Positions 15,973-24,510 of a DNA stretch of 32,000 bases are shown here, one piece after another. A program made the translations under genes and the position numbers. The number at the start of each line of letters is the position of its first letter. The first letter of the stretch is position 1. Origin of the DNA: Vibrio alginolyticus NBRC 15630 = ATCC 17749 (GTDB lineage: Bacteria; Pseudomonadota; Gammaproteobacteria; Enterobacterales; Vibrionaceae); NCBI RefSeq assembly GCF_000354175.2, contig NC_022359.1, forward strand, positions 60,001 to 92,000, written 5' to 3'. The notes under the pieces are model-generated. The model ran no database searches, was not told the origin of the DNA, and saw only the letters and a program-made list of their open reading frames with translations.

Positions 15973-16158
15973 GTATCTTCCAGTAAGGCAGTATTGTAAT
16001 TATTTTTATTCCCGGCAATCTTATGTTGCACGTGGATAATGCCATTCTGGACAACACCTCAAAAACGACAATTTATAAATGATAAAAAATAGAGATGAAT
16101 CATAAATTGTTGTGAGAGAGACTGCCGTATACAGTTTCGTGGCTACAACGAGCACAAA

Positions 16159-16182
16159 AAGAGGAGCAGTTACTCCTCTTTT
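16159..16182 (-). terminator. Rho-independent terminator of ktrAB (usable on both strands)
   Basis: AAGAGGAG-cagtta-CTCCTCTT is flanked by an A5 run on one side and a T-run on the other. It lies 38 nt downstream of the ktrB stop on the minus strand. Confidence 0.7.
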
Positions 16183-16219
16183 GCCTAGCCTTTTGCTCAC
16201 TTTCTTCGAGTTAGCCCAT

Positions 16220-17584
16220 CTACCCTATTGCCAGTTTAGTACTCGCGTAACGCGCTTTTTTCTTTCTTGGACTGGCTAAGAAGTACGCTAATGTAAGAGG
16301 CCCTAATCGTCCCATAAACATCATGAAGATGATCACTAACTCACCCGGTTCGGACAAACTGCCCGTTAAGCCTCGCGATAACCCAACCGTACCCAGTGCC
16401 GAGACCGCTTCGAACATAATATCTAACATAGACGCTTTCTCTGTCAGTAACAGCGTGAATATGGCAAACCAAGTCACCCCCACCGAGATCAGAGTCAGCG
16501 CCAATGCCTTGCTGATGGTCTCTTTGGGAATCTCGCGTTGAAAGGCATAGGTTGCTTCATCGCGACGCAAATAGCTGTAAGTTGCCAAGACCAATACCAT
16601 AAATGTCACAACTTTAATGCCACTTGCCGTACTCAATGAACCACCGCCGATAAACATCAACACCAGAATGATCGCCGTTGTGGCATCTTCCAACTGATCG
16701 ATAGCTAAAGTATTGAACCCCGCCGTTCTTGGCGTCACCGCTTGAAACCACGATGCCCACCATTTCCCTGCTTCGCTCAAAGGGGCAAGCGTGTTGGGGT
16801 TGTCATATTCAATCAGGTAAATCGCGATAAGTGCCACCACGTTAATGGTCACCGTGCCTAAGATCATCATTCGACTGTAAACGGTGAGTCGGTGCCAACG
16901 GCGATTGCGTTTTAAGTCAATCCAAACCGAGAAGCCTAAACCACCAATAATGAACAAACTGGTAATGGTGAAGTTAACGATCGGGTCGTCCACGTAAGGC
17001 ATTAAGCTATCGGCACTCAACGCAAAACCTGCATTGTTAAACGCACTGATGGTGTAGAAGAAACCATGGAACAAACTGGTTTCCCAGCCCAGCTCTTCAC
17101 TCCAATAAACGCTCAAAATAGTGAAACCAATAAGTTCAACGAGCAGAGCGAACATCAATACAGATTTAGCAGTGGCAATGAGTGTCGATGAATCAGTCTG
17201 GTTGAACGCCTCTCTCGCGACTGCTCGCTCCAAAAAGCCAATTTTTCCGCCCAGAGCCAGCAAGGTCACGATAGCAAACGTCATCAAACCTAGGCCACCA
17301 CATTGAATCAGGAAAGCAATAACCACTTGCCCAAAAGGCGTAAACGCCGTGCCCGTGTCCACCACAACTAATCCCGTCACCGTAATGGCCGATGTTGCTG
17401 TAAACAGGCTTTGAATCCAAGTGATGGGCTCTGTGGTGGCAATCGGCAGTTTGAGTAAGACCGTGCCGAGCATGATCAAGCACGCAAAGCTGAGGCTAAG
17501 TATTAATGGCGGTGCGCCCAACAATTTTTTGCCCGCTTTGGGTTTTCGCTCGATTGGGATAACAGAGGGATGCCACAAAACCAT
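16220..17584 (-). CDS. ktrB: Potassium uptake protein KtrB (TrkH/KtrB family membrane subunit)
   Basis: 454 aa polytopic protein with repeated M1-P-M2 selectivity-filter-like segments (TVTGL, CGGLG, NNAGF, GGGSLSTASGIK, VGLSRG). It follows ktrA with a 1-nt gap. Confidence 0.9.
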   Translation of the reverse strand: MVLWHPSVIPIERKPKAGKKLLGAPPLILSLSFACLIMLGTVLLKLPIATTEPITWIQSLFTATSAITVTGLVVVDTGTAFTPFGQVVIAFLIQCGGLGLMTFAIVTLLALGGKIGFLERAVAREAFNQTDSSTLIATAKSVLMFALLVELIGFTILSVYWSEELGWETSLFHGFFYTISAFNNAGFALSADSLMPYVDDPIVNFTITSLFIIGGLGFSVWIDLKRNRRWHRLTVYSRMMILGTVTINVVALIAIYLIEYDNPNTLAPLSEAGKWWASWFQAVTPRTAGFNTLAIDQLEDATTAIILVLMFIGGGSLSTASGIKVVTFMVLVLATYSYLRRDEATYAFQREIPKETISKALALTLISVGVTWFAIFTLLLTEKASMLDIMFEAVSALGTVGLSRGLTGSLSEPGELVIIFMMFMGRLGPLTLAYFLASPRKKKARYASTKLAIG

Positions 17585-17585
17585 G

Positions 17586-18239
17586 TTACACCAACCTTGG
17601 AGCGACGTATTTCAGCTCAGCGCGACTACCGCAAAGCAACAGCGTGTCGAACTCATTAAGCACAAACTCATCATTGATATTGGTGTAGACGGCTTCTTCG
17701 CGCTTCACCAAGATAGGCTGAATGTTGTAACTGCCTCGGCTGATCAACTTAGAAAGCGGCGTATCGTGCAGATTGGATTTAACGTGGATTTCCACCACAT
17801 ACAAACCATGCCCCATTTCCAAATAGTTGTTCACCATCGGATAGTTGAGTGCCTGCGCGACTCTTACGCCCATCTCCTCTTCCGGATGAATAATGCGTTG
17901 TACACCAAGCTTAGACACGATGGTGTGGTGTGCTTTGGTGCTCGCTTTGACCCAAATAGATTTCACACCCAGATTTTTCAGCGCCAGCGTACACAACAAA
18001 CTGGCTTGCATGTCTTCGCCAATCGCCACCAACACCACATCACTGTTCGCTAACGCTAACTCTCTGAGTGCACCTTCGTCTGTTGCGTCACATATGACCG
18101 CTTGCGTTAACTCTTCGACGTATTTTTCGACGATTTTCGGGTCGCTATCCACCCCCGTTACGGTGTGTCCAAGATGAATAAGTTCTAAGCTGGCGGCAAC
18201 GCCAAATCGCCCTAGACCAATTACTGTAAAGTGAGCCAT
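17586..18239 (-). CDS. ktrA: Potassium uptake protein KtrA (RCK/TrkA-N + TrkA-C peripheral subunit)
   Basis: The N-terminal Rossmann motif is FTVIGLGRFGVAASLEL. Size is 217 aa, with a C-terminal TrkA-C-like region. It is paired with ktrB. Confidence 0.9.
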   Translation of the reverse strand: MAHFTVIGLGRFGVAASLELIHLGHTVTGVDSDPKIVEKYVEELTQAVICDATDEGALRELALANSDVVLVAIGEDMQASLLCTLALKNLGVKSIWVKASTKAHHTIVSKLGVQRIIHPEEEMGVRVAQALNYPMVNNYLEMGHGLYVVEIHVKSNLHDTPLSKLISRGSYNIQPILVKREEAVYTNINDEFVLNEFDTLLLCGSRAELKYVAPRLV

Positions 18240-18297
18240 ATCAATACCTAACTGTGTTTTATGTATAGAAAATGCTAATGCGTTAAGGGTTAGACTG

Positions 18298-18316
18298 ATT
18301 TTCCGTCACGGAAAAT
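18298..18316. promoter_or_regulatory. Perfect 19-bp palindrome between the response-regulator gene and ktrA
   Basis: ATTTTCCGT-c-ACGGAAAAT has 9-bp arms and lies 59 to 77 bp upstream of the ktrA ATG. No U-tract follows on the minus strand, so an operator is as plausible as a terminator. Confidence 0.3.
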
Positions 18317-18390
18317 AGGCAACACGAATCCTGTTCGAGTGCCGATAACCAGCACTAAACCTTGGCATTAACGTTGATTAAATTTGAAAT

Positions 18391-19089
18391 TTAGTGGTGC
18401 TTGGACGCCTCAAGCACTAAACGATAACCCAGCCCCGGCTCGGTTTTTAATAGCCGCTGTTCGTCAGCACTATCGTTCAGTTTTTTGCGTAGTTGACTCA
18501 CTAACACACGTAAGTAGTGAGTATCTTCGACATGACTTTTTCCCCAAATCACCGCTAGCAAATGAGTTTGCTCAATGAGTTTTCCCGGCTTGAGAATCAA
18601 CTGTTCAATGAAAGAAAACTCTTTCTTGGTGAGTGGAATTTCCCTCTGATCCAACCAAAATTGGTGAGTACTTTTGATGATTTTGACTCGGCCAGCCACC
18701 AGCTCATCAGCGACGGTTTGCTCATCCACCAAATCTCGAACCAGCACTTTGATGCGCGCGATGAGCTCTTTTACGCCAAAAGGCTTGCTCAAGTAATCAT
18801 TCGCGCCCGCTTCTAAAAGGCGGATTTTTTCCTCTTCTTGATCGCGAGCTGTCAGCACTAGCACTGGCGTTTTATACGTCTGACGAAGCGTAGTGAGAAA
18901 CTCCTTCCCATCGCCGTCGGGCAAGCCTAAATCTAGCAGAATGACGTGCGGCGAATGTGCTTCGAAACACGCTTTGGCTTCTGCAATGGTACTCGCGCCA
19001 ATGTAATCAAACCCTTCAGCAGACAGCGAAATTCGAATAAAGGTATGAATGCGAGGCTCATCGTCCACGACTAAAACTTTGTAACTCAC
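18391..19089 (-). CDS. OmpR/PhoB-family response regulator (KdpE-like)
   Basis: The receiver domain has VVDDE, LLDLGLPDGDG and SKPF. The C-terminal winged-helix domain is GYRL. A GTG start overlaps the kinase stop (GTGA). Confidence 0.9.
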   Translation of the reverse strand: MSYKVLVVDDEPRIHTFIRISLSAEGFDYIGASTIAEAKACFEAHSPHVILLDLGLPDGDGKEFLTTLRQTYKTPVLVLTARDQEEEKIRLLEAGANDYLSKPFGVKELIARIKVLVRDLVDEQTVADELVAGRVKIIKSTHQFWLDQREIPLTKKEFSFIEQLILKPGKLIEQTHLLAVIWGKSHVEDTHYLRVLVSQLRKKLNDSADEQRLLKTEPGLGYRLVLEASKHH

Positions 19090-20204
19090 GCCTGCTCTGC
19101 TCCTTGATTGAGTGGAAGTAGAATGCGGATCAGCGTCCCTTCTGATACTGGCATAGATTGAATCTCTCCTTGGTGTGCGATGATGATGCCTTTGGCAACC
19201 GCGAGTCCCATTCCGGTGCCTGAATCGGCCGATTTGTTGTTCGCGCCGGAATAGAAAAGGTTGAATATTTTTTCCGCATCTTCAGCTTTGATGCCAATCC
19301 CCATGTCCCGAACATCAATCACGCACGACAAAGCCTGCTTAGAAAGTGAAACCTCAACAGATTCATTCTCTGGTGAAAATCGCATGGCATTATCCAGCAC
19401 ATTAAAAATCGCTTGTTCGATGAGCGAACGACTTACTGATAAATAACCAACGGAATCATCCATATTCATGGAAACTTTCTCGGTGTAATTCGGCAAACGA
19501 GAAACCGCATCCCGCACAATATCTGCAATCAGCTCATCTTTTTTGGTAATTTTTAATGTGCCATGCTGGAGCTTAGTCGCCTGTAAAAGGTTCTCGATAT
19601 ATTGGTGCAAACGGTGGCTTTCTGAAGTCGCACTGTCGAGCAATTCTTTGCGCTCTAAGTCATTGAGCTTGGGCATGTACTCGTTGAGTGTGGTCAATGT
19701 TCCAATAATGGTTGCCAGCGGCGTGCGTAGGTCATGGGACACCGATAGCAGGATGCTGTTTTGCAGCTTGGTTTGTTTTAACTCTCCCTGCTGGCGACGA
19801 TAAAGATCCGCAAAGGTGCTGGTGATAAATGCCACCACCATAAACACGACTAAATTAAAAATGTCTTCCGGACGAAACATCTGCAAAGAGTAACGAGGCG
19901 TCGTGAAAAAGAAGTTGAAGCTCAACGCTTCGATCACCGCCGCTGCATAAGCGAATCGCGAGTTGCATTGAAACGCCACTACCACGACCGCTAACTGTAA
20001 AATCAGCAGGACTGCGGCTGTAGAGCCAAACAGTTGGTCTAACAGCCATGAGACGACAACCGCACCAACAATCACGGTAGTAGAAAAGAGAAAGGTGTTA
20101 TCTCGCCATTGAACAAACATAAAATACATCAACCAAAATTCGATGTAGAAAACTTTAGCAAAAGCCCATTCGGAGTTCGCGTAAAAAAAGCGTAAAAAAT
20201 TCAA
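19086..20204 (-). CDS. Sensor histidine kinase, KdpD C-terminal-type (DUF4118-like membrane domain + HisKA + HATPase), lacking the KdpD N-terminal sensor/Usp domains
   Basis: Four hydrophobic helices end in FNFFFTTPRYSL, the KdpD membrane-domain signature. The H-box is SHDLRTPLATI, the N-box is NVLDNAMRFS, and the G-boxes are DMGIGI and GTGMGLAV. It is only 372 aa. Confidence 0.85.
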   Translation of the reverse strand: MNFLRFFYANSEWAFAKVFYIEFWLMYFMFVQWRDNTFLFSTTVIVGAVVVSWLLDQLFGSTAAVLLILQLAVVVVAFQCNSRFAYAAAVIEALSFNFFFTTPRYSLQMFRPEDIFNLVVFMVVAFITSTFADLYRRQQGELKQTKLQNSILLSVSHDLRTPLATIIGTLTTLNEYMPKLNDLERKELLDSATSESHRLHQYIENLLQATKLQHGTLKITKKDELIADIVRDAVSRLPNYTEKVSMNMDDSVGYLSVSRSLIEQAIFNVLDNAMRFSPENESVEVSLSKQALSCVIDVRDMGIGIKAEDAEKIFNLFYSGANNKSADSGTGMGLAVAKGIIIAHQGEIQSMPVSEGTLIRILLPLNQGAEQA

Positions 20205-20314
20205 TAACGACAGTGAGTTATAAACATAATCATCATTAAGTTGGCCTAACTCAATGAATAATCACAAGTTAACGTTGTCCATTAACGCCTACTTACTCGG
20301 TATAAACGACAGAC

Positions 20315-20341
20315 ACAAAAAAGAGGAGCATTTGCTCCTCT
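20315..20341 (-). terminator. Rho-independent terminator of the ABC half-transporter gene
   Basis: AGAGGAGC-attt-GCTCCTCT, with TTTTTT following on the minus strand. It lies 17 nt after the stop codon. Confidence 0.75.
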
Positions 20342-20357
20342 TTCGTGTAGCGTCATA

Positions 20358-22211
20358 TTAGATGACTTGCAGTTGAGCATCACCTTGCTCAGACAAAAAT
20401 CCGCCGGTTTGATGCTTCCACAACTGAGCGTAAACACCACCCAATTGCAGCAGCTCGTAATGCGAGCCTTGCTCAATGATTTTGCCGTCATCCATTACAA
20501 TCAAACGATCCATCGCGGCAATCGTTGATAAACGGTGAGCAATCGCAATCACTGTTTTTCCTTCCATCAGAACTTCAAGGTTTTCTTGAATTGCCGATTC
20601 TACTTCTGAATCAAGTGCAGACGTTGCTTCATCCATGATCAAAATTGGCGCGTTTTTCAGCAGAACGCGAGCAATCGCCACACGTTGACGCTGACCACCA
20701 GACAGCTTCACACCGCGTTCACCCACTTCAACGTCATAGCCAACGTTACCTTGCTCGTCTCGTAGAGATTGAATGAAATCATGAGCATGTGCTTTCTCAG
20801 CAGCTGCGATAACGGCATCCATTGAAGCATCTGGATCACCGTAAAGAATGTTCTCTTTAATTGAGCGATGTAGCAAAGAGGTGTCTTGCGTGATCATACC
20901 GATGTGTTGGCGAAGCGACTCTTGTTCAACTTGAGAAATGTCCTGTCCATCAATACAAATCTTACCGCTATTTACGTCGTAAAAGCGCAGCAACAAGTTG
21001 ACCAACGTGGATTTACCTGCCCCAGAGCGACCGACAATGCCGACTTTTTCGCCCGGTTTGATAGTCAGATTCAAGTTCTCAAATACTGCCTTCTCATCAC
21101 TGTAGTTAAAACCTACGTGATCAAAGCAGATCTCACCTTGAGAGATTTGCAAAGGCTTAGCATTTGGTACGTCTTTCACTTCAACATCGTTTGAAATCGT
21201 ATTAATACCGTCTACTACTGTACCGATGTTTTCAAACAGTGCGCTAACTTCCCACATGATCCACTTCGACATACCTTGTACGCGCAACGCAATACTGATG
21301 GCAATCGCAATAGCACCAATTGTTACAGCGTGATCTAGCCATAGATAAACCGAAATGGCACTAATAGACATCAGCAGCAAATAGTTGATGGCATCCACAC
21401 TAAACAGTAAACAAGTCACCATGCGCATTTGGCGGTAAACCGTCACCAAAAATTGCTTCATGCTGCTTTCTGCGTATTCCAACTCTCGTTGCGAGTGTGC
21501 GAATAGCTTTACGGTAGATATGTTGGTGTAAGAATCGACAATGCGCCCAGTCATTACAGAACGAGCATCCGCTTGCTCTGTCGCTACTTGTTTCATTTTA
21601 GGGATAAAGTAGAACTGGATAACCGCGTACATTCCTATCCAAATCACAATAGGTAACATTAGCAAACCATCGGCTTCGCCCATCATCCAGAGCATCGAAA
21701 GAAAATAAACGCTGATATAAACCAGTACATCCACCAGCTTCATGACCGTTTCTCGTACCGCTAACGCACTTTGCATCACTTTGGTCGCAACTCGGCCTGC
21801 AAAGTCACGCTGGAAAAATCCAACCGCTTGTTTTAGCAAGTAACGGTGAATCAACCAACGGATAGACATCGGGTAGTTACCCAATAACGTTTGGTGCATC
21901 ACCATTGAGTGGACAAAACCGAGAGCTGGCATCACAACCGCCACTAAGAACAGCATCATTAGCATGCGATCACCCTGGTCTTGCCAGAATGTTGCGCGTT
22001 CTTGATTAGAGAGAATATCGACGAGCTCGCCCATATAACGCAACAGCGTCACCTCAGTAATGGCAATAAGCGCACTGAACACAGCCATAACGAGTAAAGG
22101 GGCTTCAAAGCCACGAGTGTAAAAACGACAAAAGCCAAATAGCGTCTTCGGTGGCTTTTCGGTTTCCATCTGGGGAAAGGGTTGGGTCAGTTTTTCAAAC
22201 CAATTGAACAT
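20358..22211 (-). CDS. ABC transporter, fused permease/ATPase half-transporter (exporter-type fold)
   Basis: The six-TM N-terminal domain is followed by an NBD with Walker A GRSGAGKST, signature LSGGQRQR and Walker B ILIMDEATSALD. The probable start is the ATG at 22211 (MFNWFEKLTQPF...). The track's extension to 22439 crosses the intergenic region and the fhuA-like start. Confidence 0.88.
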   Translation of the reverse strand: MFNWFEKLTQPFPQMETEKPPKTLFGFCRFYTRGFEAPLLVMAVFSALIAITEVTLLRYMGELVDILSNQERATFWQDQGDRMLMMLFLVAVVMPALGFVHSMVMHQTLLGNYPMSIRWLIHRYLLKQAVGFFQRDFAGRVATKVMQSALAVRETVMKLVDVLVYISVYFLSMLWMMGEADGLLMLPIVIWIGMYAVIQFYFIPKMKQVATEQADARSVMTGRIVDSYTNISTVKLFAHSQRELEYAESSMKQFLVTVYRQMRMVTCLLFSVDAINYLLLMSISAISVYLWLDHAVTIGAIAIAISIALRVQGMSKWIMWEVSALFENIGTVVDGINTISNDVEVKDVPNAKPLQISQGEICFDHVGFNYSDEKAVFENLNLTIKPGEKVGIVGRSGAGKSTLVNLLLRFYDVNSGKICIDGQDISQVEQESLRQHIGMITQDTSLLHRSIKENILYGDPDASMDAVIAAAEKAHAHDFIQSLRDEQGNVGYDVEVGERGVKLSGGQRQRVAIARVLLKNAPILIMDEATSALDSEVESAIQENLEVLMEGKTVIAIAHRLSTIAAMDRLIVMDDGKIIEQGSHYELLQLGGVYAQLWKHQTGGFLSEQGDAQLQVI

Positions 22212-22300
22212 AACAATGACTTTAGGTACCGCGAATGAATTTGCGAACGTTTTACTATCTTTTGATACAAAAGTCAGTAAAATACCGAAACAAAAGCTCA

Positions 22301-22344
22301 AATGATAATAATTACAATTAAGCTTAGCGTTAATCATAATTATC
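22301..22344. promoter_or_regulatory. Fur boxes in the divergent promoter region
   Basis: AATGATAATAATTACAATT (22301..22319) matches the 19-bp Fur consensus AATGATAATNATTATCATT at about 17 positions. A second partial box, TAATCATAATTATC, is at 22331..22344. The first box ends 38 bp upstream of the receptor ATG. Confidence 0.7.
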
Positions 22345-22356
22345 GGGAATAGATTT

Positions 22357-24459
22357 ATGCAAAAGAATAACTCACTGACCATCGCTATCCGCAACGCGTT
22401 GGTTTGTGCTTTAGCACCTACAGCAGTGGTTGCATTCACAGCACAAGCTCAAGAAGACGTCGTACAAGATGACGTGATTGCCATGGAGACCATAACGGTC
22501 ACCGCGCAAGCACTTAAAGTAGAAACCCCGGCAGCAGAAACGCCGCGCAGCGTATCTATCATTTCTGAAGATGAACTTCGTGTTCGTGCACCGAAAAAAC
22601 TAGATGAAGCATTACGCTACACATCTGGTGTAACCGCTCAGCCTTATGGCGCAGACAACGACACTGATTGGTTCAAAGTTCGTGGATTTGATGCAGCGAC
22701 TTACCTAAACGGCAACCGTCTATTCCGCGATGGTTACTACACATGGTTGGTCGAACCTTACGGCCTAGAAAGTGTAGAAGTGGTTAAAGGCCCATCGGCT
22801 ATTCTGTTTGGTGAATCGGCACCAGGCGGTATCGTGAATGCGGTGCAGAAAAAACCAACGTTTACGCCTCAAGGCGAAGTAAAAGTCGAAGTTGGCAACA
22901 ACCAACACCAATCCGTAGGTTTTGACATTGCTGACGAAGCAAACGACGCAGGCACTGTGCGCTATCGTTTGGTTGGCTTGATGACAAGCCAAGATGGTGA
23001 ACTGGACGGCACAAATAACGAGCGTTTCTACCTAGCGCCAAGTGTCGAGTTCGACATTTCTGACCGTACAATGCTGACCGTTTTGGCAACTTACCTTCAT
23101 GATGACGGTGTACCAACTAACCCATTCTTCCCGGCAGCAGGTACTCTGATTGGTTCTAACTTTGGCAAAATCGATCCTTCGACTAACCTTGGTCAGCCAA
23201 ACTACGATAAATACGAACGCACGCAGTTTTCTCTAGGTTACTTACTAGAGCACGACATCAATGACACGTGGTCACTCTCGCAAAACCTCAACTACGGTTC
23301 GAATGAGTTGTACTTGCGCAGCTCTTACGCGTTCTCAAACAACGATCCAGCGAAAGAAGAGTTAACGCAAGGCATCGTATTCCGTGACGGAAAAAACCAG
23401 AGCATCACGTTCGATAACAATGCTGTCGGCAACTGGATGACAGACAACGCAGAGCACACAGTGCTTATCGGTATGGATCTGCAATTCCACAAAACCGATG
23501 GCGACGAGCAAGACAACTATGCATTTGGCACTATCAACCCGTGGAACCCAGTTTACGGCAACTTCACCCCTCTTGATCCTGCCAACAACGTGAAACGTGA
23601 GATTGAGAAATCTCAAGCAAGTCTCTATTCACAATACCAATTGAAACTGCATGAACAGTGGATTGGTAACATCGGTGCTCGTTACGACTGGGTGAAAACA
23701 GAAAACTCTGGCAAAGGCGCTACCGTTGATCAAAGTGAATCTCGTGATGATGGTCAGCTCTCTCTAAGTGCGGGTGTGATGTACCTTGCAAACAATGGCC
23801 TGTCACCTTACGTAAACTACTCTCAGTCGTTTGAAGTGATCAGCACTATTGATGCGGCAACCAATGAACTTTACAAACCGCTGGAAGGCGAGCAAGTAGA
23901 AGTGGGTGTAAAGTATGAGCCAAGCTTTATGGATGGCTTTATCAACCTTGCATGGTTCGACATCACGCAAAAGAACGCGTTGGTCACTAACCCATCAACA
24001 TGGATTGCGACACAAACAGGTGAAGTGACATCTCAAGGTGTTGAGCTAGAAAGCACGGCGCAGCTAACCGACGATCTAAAACTGATGGCAAGCTACACCT
24101 ACACTAAAGCGAAAACAGATGAGAGCTTTGGCCAAGGTAAAAAACAAGCCGCACTTATTCCTGAGCACCAAGCGTCTGCATGGGTAGACTACAGTGCCTA
24201 CAGCCTGATTCCAGGCCTCAATATCGGTACTGGTGTGCGCTACGTAGGTGAGTCAAAAGATAACCCTAAGAGCTCGAACCTAACGGTTCCTTCTGTCACT
24301 CTTTGGGATGCGTCAGTCACTTACGACATCACTTCACAGTGGCAAGCACAGCTAAACGTGAACAACATCCTAGATAAAGAGTTTGTTTCAGGTTGCGATT
24401 ACTGGTGTTACTACGGCCAGTCTCGCTCTGTTATGCTAAACGCAAACTACCGCTGGTAA
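22357..24459 (+). CDS. fhuA: TonB-dependent hydroxamate-siderophore outer-membrane receptor (FhuA-like)
   Basis: It has a signal peptide ending AQA, a TonB-box-like ETITVTA, and a plug domain (VEVVKGPSAILFGESAPGGIVN). The C-terminal barrel ends GCDYWCYYGQSRSVMLNANYRW, compared with recalled E. coli FhuA SCFNTYGCFWGAERQVVATATFRF. It is followed by fhuCDB. Substrate specificity is not determinable from sequence. Confidence 0.8.
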   Translation: MQKNNSLTIAIRNALVCALAPTAVVAFTAQAQEDVVQDDVIAMETITVTAQALKVETPAAETPRSVSIISEDELRVRAPKKLDEALRYTSGVTAQPYGADNDTDWFKVRGFDAATYLNGNRLFRDGYYTWLVEPYGLESVEVVKGPSAILFGESAPGGIVNAVQKKPTFTPQGEVKVEVGNNQHQSVGFDIADEANDAGTVRYRLVGLMTSQDGELDGTNNERFYLAPSVEFDISDRTMLTVLATYLHDDGVPTNPFFPAAGTLIGSNFGKIDPSTNLGQPNYDKYERTQFSLGYLLEHDINDTWSLSQNLNYGSNELYLRSSYAFSNNDPAKEELTQGIVFRDGKNQSITFDNNAVGNWMTDNAEHTVLIGMDLQFHKTDGDEQDNYAFGTINPWNPVYGNFTPLDPANNVKREIEKSQASLYSQYQLKLHEQWIGNIGARYDWVKTENSGKGATVDQSESRDDGQLSLSAGVMYLANNGLSPYVNYSQSFEVISTIDAATNELYKPLEGEQVEVGVKYEPSFMDGFINLAWFDITQKNALVTNPSTWIATQTGEVTSQGVELESTAQLTDDLKLMASYTYTKAKTDESFGQGKKQAALIPEHQASAWVDYSAYSLIPGLNIGTGVRYVGESKDNPKSSNLTVPSVTLWDASVTYDITSQWQAQLNVNNILDKEFVSGCDYWCYYGQSRSVMLNANYRW

Positions 24460-24470
24460 TTGTACTTCTA

Positions 24471-24496
24471 CTCCCCTCTATTGAGGGGAGTTTTCT
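24471..24496 (+). terminator. Intra-operon hairpin/attenuator between the receptor gene and fhuC
   Basis: CTCCCCTC-tatt-GAGGGGAG followed by TTTTCT. It starts 12 nt after the receptor stop and ends 15 nt before the fhuC ATG. Confidence 0.6.
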
Positions 24497-24510
24497 CCTA
24501 AGAGCCATCC

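Noticed and set aside
16068-16110. 9-bp inverted repeat ACAATTTAT...ATAAATTGT upstream of the LysR gene
   Set aside because: The arms are short, AT-only and 25 nt apart in an AT-rich promoter region, which is within chance expectation.
17421-18053. 210-aa ORF on the plus strand
   Set aside because: It is entirely antisense to ktrA and the 5' end of ktrB. It has no motifs and a His/Gln/Arg-rich shadow-frame composition, while ktrA/ktrB on the opposite strand have clear family signatures.
22212-22439. 5' extension of the ABC transporter ORF (track start at 22439)
   Set aside because: The extension crosses the Fur-box intergenic region and overlaps the receptor start on the other strand. The extra 76 residues are not transporter-like. 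MFNWFEKL at 22211 is a typical N-terminus for this ABC family.
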